From Eledone cirrhosa (lineage: Eukaryota), in contig OZ024740.1 of assembly GCA_964016885.1 (NCBI GenBank), forward strand, positions 157,480,001 through 157,544,000: a stretch of 64,000 nt of DNA. The letters are read 5' to 3'. Positions 15,079 through 32,224 of the stretch are shown piece after piece. A program made the position numbers and the translations under genes. The notes beneath the pieces were generated by a model, which saw nothing but the letters and a program-made list of their open reading frames with translations, had not been told where the DNA came from and did not search any database. Within the stretch, counting starts at the first letter, position 1. Each line of letters starts with the position of its first letter.

Positions 15079-15322
15079 GTAAGACGGTAATGTTAAGATA
15101 CATCTGGATCGGTCGTCAGACAGAGATGTTAACGACCGATCCAGACGTATATTATTATTGTCTGGGAACCAGAAACCTTTGGTAATGGAGTAGTTATATT
15201 TTCTGTTGTTCACTTTCTAATTAAATAGCTCTGTTCTATACATAGAGCACTCTTTTTGCTATTGCTTTTCCTTCGGAATTACCTAAAACATACATACATA
15301 CATACATACATACATACATACA

Positions 15323-15371
<49 letters not shown>

Positions 15372-15492
15372 TTATACTACCAAAATAAAATTAAAGATGT
15401 CATGTCTGAGGATACCAGAAACATGCGCCATATCACATGCGTGTGTACGCGTGTGACTATGTGCACATAGTTATGTTTAATAAGAGCTAGTG

Positions 15493-15540
<48 letters not shown>

Positions 15541-15858
15541 TGTATGTATGTAGGTGTGTATGTATGTGTGTGTGAATGCATGTATATATATATATATATT
15601 TTATACATGTAGACATATATTAGGTATATGTAATATGTATGTTCATAAGAAATAACGGTTAAATATAAAACGGTATTCAATTTTTAAAAATCTTTTCTCC
15701 CGTAATTTTGCAGAAATATAATTATGTTCTACTAGATAAATAGTTTTTATTTCAAATAGAGAGAAAGATGGAAAGACATATTAGAAAATAATACAAAATA
15801 GTTTAAAAAACAACAAAAAGTTGAATGAAAAAGAAAAAAAACAACATTATTTCATAAA

Positions 15859-16083
15859 TCACACTCGGAATCCAAGCACATCAGGTTCATTTTCTGGTTT
15901 CTTGATTCTTCGACAATGGCCGTAATCCATTTCATCTTCAGCCTGACATTCAAATCCTTTGTTGCAAGGACAAATGTGAAGTGCATCTTCAGGCATGCAG
16001 AATTCTCCTTCTCTGCGCATGCGCCTGCAAGCTTGCTTATATGCTGCCTTCTGTCCTTTGTACTGGGGCCTATAAGCAATGAC
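15859..16083 (-). CDS. Terminal exon of the same peptide gene (VIAYRPQYKGQKAAYKQACRRMRREGEFCMPEDALHICPCNKGFECQAEDEMDYGHCRRIKKPENEPDVLGFRV*)
   Basis: Acceptor ttctacttctttctag|, phase 0, 75 codons to TGA. Carries C-x9-C (GEFC), CPC-x5-C-x10-C, typical of prokineticin/astakine/Dickkopf-Cys2 domains. Possible AATAAA on the minus strand at ~15746-15751. Confidence 0.85.
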   Translation of the reverse strand, partial: VIAYRPQYKGQKAAYKQACRRMRREGEFCMPEDALHICPCNKGFECQAEDEMDYGHCRRIKKPENEPDVLGFRV

Positions 16084-16650
16084 CTAGAAAGAAGTAGAAT
16101 AATAAGGAAATAGAATATGAGGCCATTGCTCGAAATATATACTGATATACTGTATATGTTTAGATGCAATATATATATATGTATAGTGTTTGGAAATGCA
16201 AGGGAAACACAAACATAAAACAATTGCCCTCTTCAGTTGTCTGCTGTGGGTCTCTGATGTTTTGATGCATTAAAGACAACACATCTATCCACAGTGCGTT
16301 AATGACTTCAGGTAGTTATTAGGGAAGGGAAAGACAAAAAGAGAGACGATAGCGAAGAGAAAGAAAATAAACAGAAGGAAAAACCCCCAGAAAACATACT
16401 GATAAAGAGGGGGTAACACGAGACAGTAACATGTATGTAGCAGTAACCAAGGGCGGAGAAGAAGTTAAAAAGGCGACCGGGTTTAAGTCCTCAGACCTTA
16501 TTAACAGCATGAGAGAGAGCGGAAGAGAAACACGTCTGATCTTAGCGAGAATAGGCGTAAAGAGGGAGAGACGAAGGAAAACGGAAGTAGTAAGGGAGCA
16601 GAGAGAGAGAGGAGGAGAAAGGGGATAGATGGTGGGAATGAAAGAGGATA

Positions 16651-16723
<73 letters not shown>

Positions 16724-16867
16724 GAGAGAAAGGAGGAAGGAAAAAAGTTAATCTAAATGGTAGGACTTAAGCCCAAGACCGGGATAACAACAAGCGAGAT
16801 AGAAAGAAAAGAACGAAGGTCACAGCAATAAATTAATAAGAATGTCTCTTTTAATTCTTCTCTCTCC

Positions 16868-16952
<85 letters not shown>

Positions 16953-16955
<3 letters not shown>

Positions 16956-17053
16956 GGTGTCCCAATAAAATATATACACACTTCAACAGTATTCTAATAA
17001 ATATTGCCTGTACAGGTAATCAAAGTGTGTATACAATTTTCCGGGACACCCTG
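16953..17053. mobile_element. Tc1-type MITE
   Basis: TA-cagggtgtccc...gggacaccctg-TA. Confidence 0.75.
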
Positions 17054-19035
17054 TAATTACATTCGGCTTCTATAAATGTAGTGTTATCTGTGATAATATC
17101 TAATGTACATAATTTCTAATCCAATAAAAATATATTTTGATCAATAGAAACCTTCATAAATATTTATGATAAAAATATATCACCTAAAGACAAATCAAAG
17201 CGAAAAAAAAGAAAAAAAAAACTATGGATAATTACTTAAATATCATTACAAATTGGGTAGAGATACAGAAGGACAGATCTGGCTGTATGGGAAAGTTGAG
17301 GAAAGGACTATAAACGCCATAAATAAGAGGAAAAGGAGGGGAAAAACAAGTACTCTAGGGCTACAGAAGAAGAAAAGGAGGGGAAGGGGAGAGGGTGATG
17401 GGCTCTGGGCTTAGGGCGCGGTAGTGTTTGGGCTGTGCCCCTCGGACAAAACTGTAAAAGCTTTTCCGCGGAGAATGGCTAGTGACACCCGCTACAACAG
17501 CCACTCCAGCGCGCAGGGCTCCTTGCTCAGACGGGCTGCTGACACCCCGATCTTGCTGGGGAGCTCAGCAGTACACCATCCAAGTATGCCTGAGGTCTTC
17601 CTTCTAATGTAATATACAGGAAGTAATTTACTATTAAGTTAGAGAAATCCTTATATCAAAGCAAGCCTTTTACACCAAAAACTATGGTTTCTGATTTAAG
17701 CACAAGGCTAACAATTTTGGGTGAAAGGAAAGTCGATAAATTGACCCCAGCGCATTACTGGTACTTTGTTTTATCGACCCTGTAAATATGAAAGGCAAAA
17801 CTAATCTTGGCTGGATTTGAACTCAGAACGTAAAGGGTCGTAACTCTATGCTGCAAAGCATATTGTCCGACGCTCCACCGGCACTGCCAATTCACTTGCA
17901 TTTTACATCCGAAATAATAGTTTCTAATTTAGGCACAAGGCCAGCAATTTTGGGTGGAGGGGAAAGTCGATTAAATCGGCCCCAGTGCATTACTAGTACT
18001 TTATTTTATCGAACCCATCAAAATGAAAGGCAAAGCTAACCGTGGTGGGATTTGAACTCAGAATGTAAAGAGTCGTAATAAGAGCCCCTAACTAATAAAA
18101 AAATTAATTTTTGCTGAGTTGTTTCCCTTACATCTCAGTCAGGCTATTATATTCTGATAACGTTGTATCAAGTTATACTCCGGTAAATTGAAACAAGATA
18201 TATCACGAGATTTGCTTCCACTAATGGCAACCAAGCTTACAAAATAAATGCGGATCTGCCTTTCTAGCAACATGTGGCTAAAACTTCACTCATGTTGGAC
18301 ATCTAAATGATTAGTCAAGTGTTTTTGTACCCCCAAAAGTTCGAGTAACTTGTGTTAGCATTGGTTATTATTAGACACATTATATGAAGGAGCGGTGGAT
18401 TGGCAGTATCGGTAGAGGGTCGGACGTCATGCTTTGTAGCATAGAGTTACGCTACTTTATGGTCTGAGTTCAAATCCGGCTGAGGTTAACTTTGCCTTTC
18501 ATCCTTACGGGGTTGATAAAATAAAGTACCAGTAATACACTGGGTTAATTGCTGGCCTTGTGCCAAAAGTAGAAACAATTATATTAGGGATCTGATCCTT
18601 TGGTTGGACACATACGTTTACATGTATACATTTTATAGTTCGTATGTATATGTTTGTTTGGGTATGCTTTGTGTAAATCCTTAAGATGATCTGTGTATCT
18701 TCTGTTTTTACATTTTTCTGTCGATCGTAAAGTTGATGGTCGGTAGTTGGTACTGTTGGAGGTGGTGGTGATGGTGGCAAAGATAGGATAACATTAAATA
18801 AATTCATGCTCATTAAGTTAAATTAGACTATAATGTTAGATCTAATTAATGGGTAAGAACTCTGGCGTCTTCTTTGATATTGGTGCTGTGTTTTAGGAAA
18901 TGAATTACGAAGAAACCAAAGAAAAGAATCGATTGAATTATCAACAAATACATCTTGTAGATTTTTAGGTTAATCAAGGATTTTCCTCTACCCCCCCCCC
19001 CTCTCTCTCTACACACACACACGCACATACACACA

Positions 19036-19113
<78 letters not shown>

Positions 19114-19214
19114 CACACACACGCATATATATATATATATATATATATAAATTGAAACAAAATGAAAACGAAATTTCATTTCTCACTCTTAGTATGGCAC
19201 TTACTTAAATGTAA

Positions 19215-19680
19215 GTATGCATGTATACGTACATACATATATGTATACAGACGTACAGTAGCATGCACATATATATATATATATACATATATACATACAT
19301 ATGCATACAGGTACACATACATATATGCACGTATCAGTTTAGCGGCGCTTATTATAACGTCGCTTTGTTCGTTTGTAAACAAACTGAACAGCCTGAATTT
19401 ATGCCATACGGTGTTAAGGCAACCACGTCACCTTTTTGTTCAACAGTGTCAGTGTTGAACAAAAAGGTGACGTGGTTGCCTTAACACCGTATGGCATAAA
19501 TTCAGGCTGTTCAGTTTGTTTACAAACGAACAAAGCGACGTTATAATAAGCGCCGCTAAACTGATACGTGCATATATGTATGTGTACCTGTATGCATATG
19601 TATGTATATATGTATATATATATATATGTGCATGCTACTGTACGTCTGTATACATATATGTATGTACGTATACATGCATA

Positions 19681-19681
<1 letters not shown>
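19215..19681. repeat. Near-perfect ~230 bp-arm palindrome with a 7-nt loop
   Basis: 19215-19445 is the reverse complement of 19453-19681. Confidence 0.9.
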
Positions 19682-19726
<45 letters not shown>

Positions 19727-19729
<3 letters not shown>

Positions 19730-20908
19730 TAAAATAACAAATTAAAGTTTAAGCAAAGAATCGCTGCTTTCACACTTAACGGGATCTTCTGAAACCAAAA
19801 AAATCAATCTTTTTAATCAACATTTTTAATAGAAATAGCATTAAAATATCTTACTCTACGACTCCTAACCTTGCAGATAACATCACAGCTTCAAATTTAG
19901 CTAAATTACCTAGCCGTAGGAACACGTGCAACCCTGTAGCTAGTACTAACTGTAATTGTAGGAATCGGGTTGACTGCCCCATATCCGGGAAATGCCTCTC
20001 TAGTAACATTGTCTACAAATGTAAGGTTGTAACACCCACGTCCCCTAGGCCCTACATAGTGTTAACCGCCAATAGATTCAAGCAGCGTCGTTACATGCAT
20101 ACCCATTCTTTTCTTAACCCTTTAAGAAGGAATATGACGGTATTTCTATTAAAAATTTTACTATTTTATGTGCTTGGGGAAATGCTTCATAATAAGGGAG
20201 AGAAATATCTTAGCTAATGATGTGGCCACCTCCATATTATATGGTGGGTTATATCATATAATACGTCGGAATCTATTTTTCCTAGGTCTATTCTCATACT
20301 CTGTATATGCTACCTTATCGACAAATCCACTCCGAGCAAGAGCTTCATTGTAATATGTGGAATGGTTGGTGAAAATATGCTCGTTTGTAGATAGACGGGA
20401 AAGCCTCAAAGGAACGTTTCTTTCCAGGTTCTTGGTTATGCTGGCAGGATGGTTAGAATGCTTACTTATGTAATTAAGTGTATCATTCGGCTTTCTATAC
20501 GGATAGTACGAACTATACGCGGATATTTTACGTCTTGATGTGGTAGCTAAGTATATGTTATGTTTATACCATTACTTATTTGTATAGGTAAGTATATATT
20601 ACCTGTATGTTTTGTGAAGGTACGTATACTTTCTCGTACGTATATTTGCTTGTATATGTTATAGGCGTATATATTATATTATATATACTGGTACATGTGC
20701 ATATGGTTTTGTGTATACGTGAGTTTTTCGTCTAGGTGAGTATGCGGGTTCGTACGTATGTAGGGTGTGTGTATATATGTACTTTGTGTTTTGGTTGACG
20801 TACGTCCGGGAACATATGTGTATTTCATGTAGATGTGTGCGTACACGCGTTATATACGTATTTATGTGTGTATATTTATATACGTTTATATAATTATATG
20901 TATACACG

Positions 20909-20939
<31 letters not shown>

Positions 20940-21577
20940 TTTTTATATATATTTTTATGTGTATTTGGTGTATACGTTCGTATGTGTGCGGGTACAGGCG
21001 TTGCGTGCGTTCTGTATGTGCGTGCGTGTTTTTTTGTGCACGTACTTGTATTTGCATACTCATGGCGGGTGTTTTCGCGTATGCATGTGTATGTACGTAT
21101 ATGGATGCGCGCATGTATATATTTAATTTTTGTTGATTTCAATTACCTCTGTAATTTATTTACATTATTCTTAACTCTGAAGCCGAGAATCATTCGGTTT
21201 CCTAAATAGAATTTTATACTACGACTTCAGATATACCATAAACGTGGTTTTGTCTTTGCGTGTAATTGTTCTCAACGATCCACATATGACGTATTATCTT
21301 CGTTTTTTCGTTCATTGCCAGAGAACGTTTCCACGAACCAAAGTATCGTCTTCCTGTTTTCCTTCGGTTGCAACGTTTTTCGAAATATTTACTTCTGCGT
21401 TCACAGATTGATTTTTTTTAGTTTCAGAAGATCCCGTTAAGGGTGAAAGCAGCGATTCTCTGCTTAAACTTTAATCTGTCATTTTAATAAATATTTGCTC
21501 TACGGTTCTTATATATTTGATATATATTTATCCTTATCTAGTCCTCTTTGGATTTTAGTCTTCAACTTTATTATTAT

Positions 21578-21592
<15 letters not shown>
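19727..21592 (+). mobile_element. Truncated Hydra-like PLE relic with inverted 5' pLTR end (family A)
   Basis: 19727-19815 is the reverse complement of ~21405-21492. The interior translates SYSTTPNLA...CNCRNRVDCPISGKCL..IVYKC..AYI..TANRFKQR..H. (TA)n on both sides. Confidence 0.8.
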
Positions 21593-21616
<24 letters not shown>

Positions 21617-21883
21617 CATACATACACACACACACATACACCCACGCACCCACACCCACACACACACACACACATACACACACATTCAGACACACACACA
21701 CATACACACACACATACACACACACACACACACACACAAACACCCACCCACACCCACACCCACACACACAAGCACACACACACACAAACAAACACACGTA
21801 CACACACACATAAACACACACACAGACACACACATACAGACAGACAGACACACACATACAGACAGACACACACATACACACAG

Positions 21884-21924
<41 letters not shown>

Positions 21925-22285
21925 ACTGAATTGTTCCCTTGTGTTTCGTTAGTGATTAAATGTTTTACAAAATGTAGTTGTAGTTAATCTTTAGCGATCA
22001 ACAGCTTCATCAGATTGGTAGAGTTTCTTGCTTGAAGCAATTTTCAAACTCGTATTTCTTATCAGGGTCTTTCTTTCATTATAGTTTTGATGTATGTATG
22101 AAGTGGTGTGAAGAGGAGGCTAGGGTTTATTAAAAAAATGTGCAAATCATATCAAATCAGTTAGGTATAAAAATAATTGTAAGAACAAAATGATATGTCA
22201 GATTTGAAAAAATAGTGGTCAGAAGAGGAAAAAATTAAAGTGACACTAACACACACATACATACACAAATACACACACACACACA

Positions 22286-22419
<134 letters not shown>

Positions 22420-22529
22420 TATCTGTGTGTCCTTGTTTCAAAAACAGACGTTGCGTGTATAGAGTGAAGATAGGTTGGTGAGATAATGAGATCATATCAA
22501 ATCAATTTAAAGAATTGTTTCTTTTGTTT

Positions 22530-22815
22530 ACATCTCCTAGCTGAAAGATAAGATATTTTAACGCTGGTAAATGATGTGGGGTTTAAAGGAGACGTAGAAG
22601 ATGATGTGGTTGAGTTGTAAGAGTCCCACAGAGAATGTTTGTTTTATAAGGAGCTGAGACTGTTAGGACAAAAGTGAGCTGCAGGGCAAGAAAACGATAT
22701 AGAAGATCCATTCAATCCACTTAACTTGACTGCAAAGAATATTGCTAAAGGGTTGGCACTTACAGATGAAAGTCTACAAGCATTTGTTGATAACAATCCT
22801 TATCGTGAACATTCG
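22530..22815 (+). pseudogene. Tigger-like transposase C-terminal relic
   Basis: GFKGDVEDDVVEL*ESH...LTAKNIAKGL...LQAFVDNNP. Confidence 0.4.
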
Positions 22816-22820
22816 CGATC

Positions 22821-23035
22821 GTGCCCTTGACAGTGGAGACTTCTGGTGTCCTTAGCCCTAGGGCTACCTCCCTATTCACCACCATAGGCGCTGAGCTGGC
22901 TAGCCGCAGGTGTGAGCCTCGCGAATTGGAATGGCTCTTCCAGCGCATATCCCTTACCATCCTCCGGGAAAACGCTTTCTCCATTCTGTTCACCGGGGCT
23001 GTGGGGAGGCCAGCACGTGGGACACCATTTGCTCA
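22821..23035 (+). mobile_element. CRE-like restriction-like endonuclease 3' fragment (related: 17410-17600 minus, 39412-39625 plus, 48470-48762 minus)
   Basis: VETSGVLGP...WLFQRISL.I.RGNA motif in all four copies. Confidence 0.7.
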
Positions 23036-23699
23036 CCATACGGATTAAGACATATGATCTCTCTTTTTTCTTTTATTTACTCCTTTACAACTACTATATT
23101 TGATATATTAATAGAATATTAGTCTAATGACTCCATTTATACTTAAACATTACAAACGGAGTTCATTATAAGCTCAATTTCTACACAGATCTGTTTAAAG
23201 AGGTGGTGTGACATAAACATCAAACAGATGTTGATGATGAAGAGTTCCCACTTCTTCATCTTCCCTCACATTGCAGTCAACATCTTCTGTAGTGAGAACC
23301 TTTAATACATTTTTACTTTAATAGTTTCCTTTAAACATGACTAATCTTTTCAGATAGTGAATATTTTAAAACAATGATGTTGCTATAAAACATGTTATAT
23401 AGGGCCTCCATTGGTTCATTCAGGTCTCGTGGTGATGCTGGACTGTCAGTGACATCAGCTGATGATCCTAAATCAATGTGATCATTGGCTTTAGAGAAGA
23501 GTGAGTATGCACGAAGGACCTCCCAGTCACCCCCCCCCCAAAAAAAAAAAGAATTAGAAAGCGAAGCATTACTTGGTGTAATCCTCCAATCAATGTAGGT
23601 GTCTCTACAAATATTATTAGAAATCCCCTGCCGCTGATTAGACAACACGTCATAAACAACCAAAAACACCATAAGGACTAGCATTAAGGGTAGTACTCA

Positions 23700-24190
23700 T
23701 GTCTAGATTGTTTCGCTTCAAACATCGCTCGCTACAACTGAAAAAAAACATGCCTTCACTGAGACCCACATCACGTACAAGACTACAACTACCTTAATCC
23801 TAGCAATTTAGCAATTGTCATGGGTAATACTGACTTAAGAGTTGTCGCCTATATAGCCACTCTCACATTACCTGATGGTAAGCCGAGGAAATGCACAGGC
23901 CTTACACACAAGGCTTTCAAGGGCAGATTAACATTGCATATGGGGTCTTTCGTGTGCAGAAGCAAGAAAAACTCACTTCACCGTCACGTTTCACCTGGAG
24001 GTTCAGAGACCAAGAGAACAACATCGCCAACATTAACGGAACCATATATGAAAGAGAATCCCTTATTATCTCGGAGATTACAATTGCCAACTCAACCTCT
24101 GTGAGAGGTTGCACATATAGCCGTTTGCAATATCCACCAACAGATTTCAAGCAAGAGGTTCTGGATACCTAAAAAGACCATTTTATCTCT
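23700..24190 (+). pseudogene. Degenerate PLE GIY-YIG fragment
   Basis: VVAY...CTGLT..AFKGRL..H..SF resembles the endonuclease of the Hydra-like elements in this window. Confidence 0.5.
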
Positions 24191-25441
24191 ACCTGGCTCA
24201 TATGCATATGCAGGGTAGACAGACATCCCAATCGAACCGGTTTATACATATATACCAAAAGGGCGCTTGCATTAATCAGATTCTTAAACCGGCGCCAGGA
24301 ACTTCACACATAAGGATGCCGACATAAGGCGAACTAAACCTATAACTGGTTCTCGGTCGAAAATAGTTGATGTCACTGACCATCCAATAACTCCACGTGA
24401 TACGAAACAATTAATGGATTTCCTTTATAATATGTTTCCTAAAAACATTTTCATTTTCTGTTATTTATTCACAAACATCTAAACGCGTTAGATATGTTTA
24501 TGACCATGAAATAATTGATAATACACGAATAAGTTAAACAGTTAATATAAATGTTCACAGCATTTACATTAAATATTGATTTCTCTTTTTATTCGTTTGC
24601 ACATGCACCTCTTATCTGTACATACAAACGCGTGCACATATATTTCAACGGCCATCCACCCCAACTATGAGTTAAATAGCCTCACCAACCCGCAATTGGT
24701 CAAGCGTGGTGAGTACGGCTACATCTCAGACATGACCAAAACAAAAGAAAACAGTGGAGGCCAACCAGTTAGGGGCTCCTCCAATAGGAGTGAGAACACC
24801 CTGGATTGGATTCGATAAATTGTGGTTGAATGCTCTATATTAGTGAAGTTATGCTGCTATATTAAGCATTATTGCTAACCCCAGCCAATCCGCCACTGCT
24901 GCTGCTATTTGCTGATCAACTAGCAGTTAATGCCACACGTGGGATATCGGCGCCGGCTTCAACATTTAGTAGTAAGGTTGATTTTCGGAAACCCCCCAAA
25001 GGACTTCTGGCTTATGGGAATTCTCTTGTCCGGAATTTATTGATTATGGATTTATTATCAATCGATGACTAGGGGATTCTCTTCGGAATTCGAAATATTA
25101 CTTCACCAGCTTAGACGTAGACTTTTGTATTCTGGCAGATTTTTGCGTGCTAAACTAACAGGATATTATTTGTTTCAATTGGTGAAATTGTGAGTACTTT
25201 AAAGTTTTCATATGTTAAACTGCCGATACAATAATTACACTGTTTTCATGGCTTAGGCTTCTGGCTGGGAATGTTGTCTTACAATTGATCTATGCGTGTG
25301 CTCTAAATGAATTTGTTGAGCAAATTGTAAACAATGTGATCGAAATCACTAGATATCGATCTAAACCCTTATTATATATATATATGAAATAAGGGGATAT
25401 ATAATAAAGGGATATTTATATATACATATATATAAATATAT

Positions 25442-26514
<1,073 letters not shown>

Positions 26515-26935
26515 GTCCGTCTCAAAGCAAATGATAATAATAACAGTCTATCCTTCAAAGCAAGAGTTGAGAAAAATCGGGTAAAGTACCCTTAGAGACA
26601 GGAAAAAGTGGACAGAGCCGCAGGCAAAATTCCTGTCAACGTTTTGATCGAATGAAATTGGCAGTATCTGTAGAGAGTCGGACGCCATGCAGCATAGTTA
26701 CGTCTCTTTACGGTCTGAGTTCAAATCCCGCCGAGGTTAACTTTGCCTTTCATTTTTACGGGGTCGATAAAATAAAGTACCAGTAATGTACTGGGTAATT
26801 GCTGGCCTTGTGCCAAAAGTAGAAACAATTATTATATGGTTATTTGCTTTGAGGTACACACATTTTTCACATTTCAAATTTTCGTAATGCTTCTTATGTC
26901 AACCTTGTTAATACATATATTATTTCAAATAAATA

Positions 26936-27010
<75 letters not shown>

Positions 27011-27097
27011 TCTGAATTTGTTTAGCAAGATTCTTTATCTGAAAACGTGTGTTAAAACCGATATTGTTATACTTTGGGAGGGTCATATATGTATATG

Positions 27098-27310
27098 GAC
27101 CGGGTGATGTGTTGTTTCCTTGAGCAAGACACTTTATATCACGTTGCGCCAGTTTACTCAGCTGAAAATGAGTACCAGCAATAGCTGGGGGTTTAACCCT
27201 GCGATGAACTGGCGTCCTGCCCAGGGGGGAGTCTTGTACTCTCAGTCGCTTCATGCCACGAAACCGGGATAAGCACCAGCCAAATGAGCCTTCTGGCTTA
27301 AGACAGACTT
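27098..27310 (+). mobile_element. Second SINE family, 5'-truncated (related: 42670-42972 minus; 640-793 and 1164-1260 minus)
   Basis: tgtttccttgagcaagacacttt...cagctgaaaatgagtacc...cctgcgatgaactggcgtcc conserved SINE domain. Confidence 0.7.
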
Positions 27311-27428
27311 TAGACTTACGGCCTGCCCGCCCAGCCAGTGGGATGGGGTCATCGTATGGCTAAAACAGCACGTGCTGTGACCAGCGGCGCCGAATGGCGC
27401 CCGACAGACTGGTCGGTCAAGGTGATAT

Positions 27429-30410
<2,982 letters not shown>

Positions 30411-30525
30411 TATTTCTGGCGGTGGTTAACTTTGCCTTTCATCCTTACGGGGTCGATAAAATAAAGTACCAGTAATGTACTGTTAAATTGCTGGCCTTGT
30501 GCCAATAGTAGAAACAATTATTTCT

Positions 30526-30720
30526 GGCGGTGGATTGGCAGTATCGGTAGAGGGTCGGACGCCATGCTTTGACGCGTAGAGTTACGGCCCTTGCCATTCT
30601 GAGTTCAAATCCCGCCGAGGTTAACTTTGCCTTTCATCCTTTATGGGGGTCGATAAAATAAAGTACCAGTAATGCATTGGGTAATTGCTGGCTTTGTGCC
30701 TAACGTAGAAACAATTATTT
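30526..30720 (+). mobile_element. tRNA-derived SINE, representative of the dominant family (Deu/Nin-like central domain)
   Basis: A box tggcagtatcgg, B box gagttcaaatccc, core gcctttcatccttacggggtcgataaaataaagtaccag. Other copies near 1580, 1800, 3000, 5400, 5510, 7190, 8291, 13490, 17685, 17915, 18388, 26655, 30415, 31780, 31998, 46888 and 47850. Confidence 0.85.
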
Positions 30721-30890
30721 CTGAAGACAGCATATATATGTGTAGGTATGTATATTTCCTCTGATAGTTTGTAAAATTTTTACATAGATCTATATGATAT
30801 ACATACCAACACACACATATATATCCTAGAAACGATCGTAAAATGATGAATTTTTTAATATAAGGACCTGTTTCTTTGTTTTTATTCATT

Positions 30891-30959
<69 letters not shown>

Positions 30960-31112
30960 TGTGCATAAAGCAAACGACACACTACAATATATATATATAC
31001 ATATATATATATAATATATAACATTTATAATACACACACACATACACATATATATATAATGCAACTACAATTTCGATTCATACCTAATATAATATAATAT
31101 ATATATATATGT

Positions 31113-31164
<52 letters not shown>

Positions 31165-31166
31165 GT

Positions 31167-31201
<35 letters not shown>

Positions 31202-32224
31202 TAGTGACAGACGGATGTATAAATAGGCTGATTAATGTATATGTACGAATAGTCATCTTGGTGTATTAGAAATAGTTGAAAAGCCGCTCACTTGTTGCTG
31301 TCGTTGCCATTCGTTTGTCATGTATATCTATAGTTGTAGCCATCTTAACATTTGTTCTTGTTGTTGTTGTTACTGCTCTTGTAACTGTTTCTAATATTAA
31401 TATTATTTTTATTGTTGAATTGCACAGAATCTCGTTAGACACCGAACGACATATCACAAAAGGATGGGGTGACTGTCTGATTTAGTTCAAAGAGAAATCG
31501 ATTTATAATCGATCAAACATTGTAATAACTCACCGATGTCATTCTATGCCGAAATTCTCTTTCACGTGGTGTACGATGGATGTTAATGACAAGTGACGTC
31601 AAACGTCTATTTGAGATGTATTGCTACATAGACTTTCGTCTAGTGACAGTAACGGTGAATGGACTGGTATAGTCGTGGGTTTGGAAAGAATTAGCAGTGT
31701 TTGACCAAGTGAAGTCAATGTGATATTAAAATGTATTCTAAAGCTGTCATTGGCGAAGCAATCATCATCATAATCATTAAGGTGGTGGATTGGCAGAATC
31801 GTTAGAGCGCCGGAGAAAATGCTTCGCGGTATTTCTTACTTAAAGCTTTTTACGTTCTGAGCTCAATTCCTCCCAATGTGAATTTGGCTATTTATCCTTC
31901 CGTGGTCGATAAAATAAAGTACCAGTTAAGGACTGTCGATATAATCCACTTCCCTTTCTCTAAATTGCAGGCCTTGTGCCAGTGTAAGGAAGAATTAGGG
32001 CGGTGGGTTGGCAGAATCTCGGTAGAGCGGCGAACAACATGCTTTGCAGCATAGATTAACGACCCCTTATGTTCTGAGTTCGAATCCCACCGAGGTTAGC
32101 TTTGCCTTTCATCCTTACGGGGTTGATAAAATAAAGCACCAGTAATGCACTGGGGTCGATTTAATCGACTTTCCACTCCCTAAAATTGCTGGCCTTGTGC
32201 CTAAAGTAGAAACAGTTATTGCTA

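Noticed and set aside
15852-16223. ORF-track 123 aa minus-strand ORF
   Set aside because: It overlaps the real exon in the wrong frame; the cysteine-patterned frame starts at the acceptor at 16083.
30526-30620. tRNA genes at A/B-box sequences
   Set aside because: These are SINE heads followed by the SINE body, with no cloverleaf.
31533-31625. Possible minus-strand exon ending at gtgagt
   Set aside because: The acceptor is poor, the peptide is unrecognisable, and it would disrupt the cysteine spacing.
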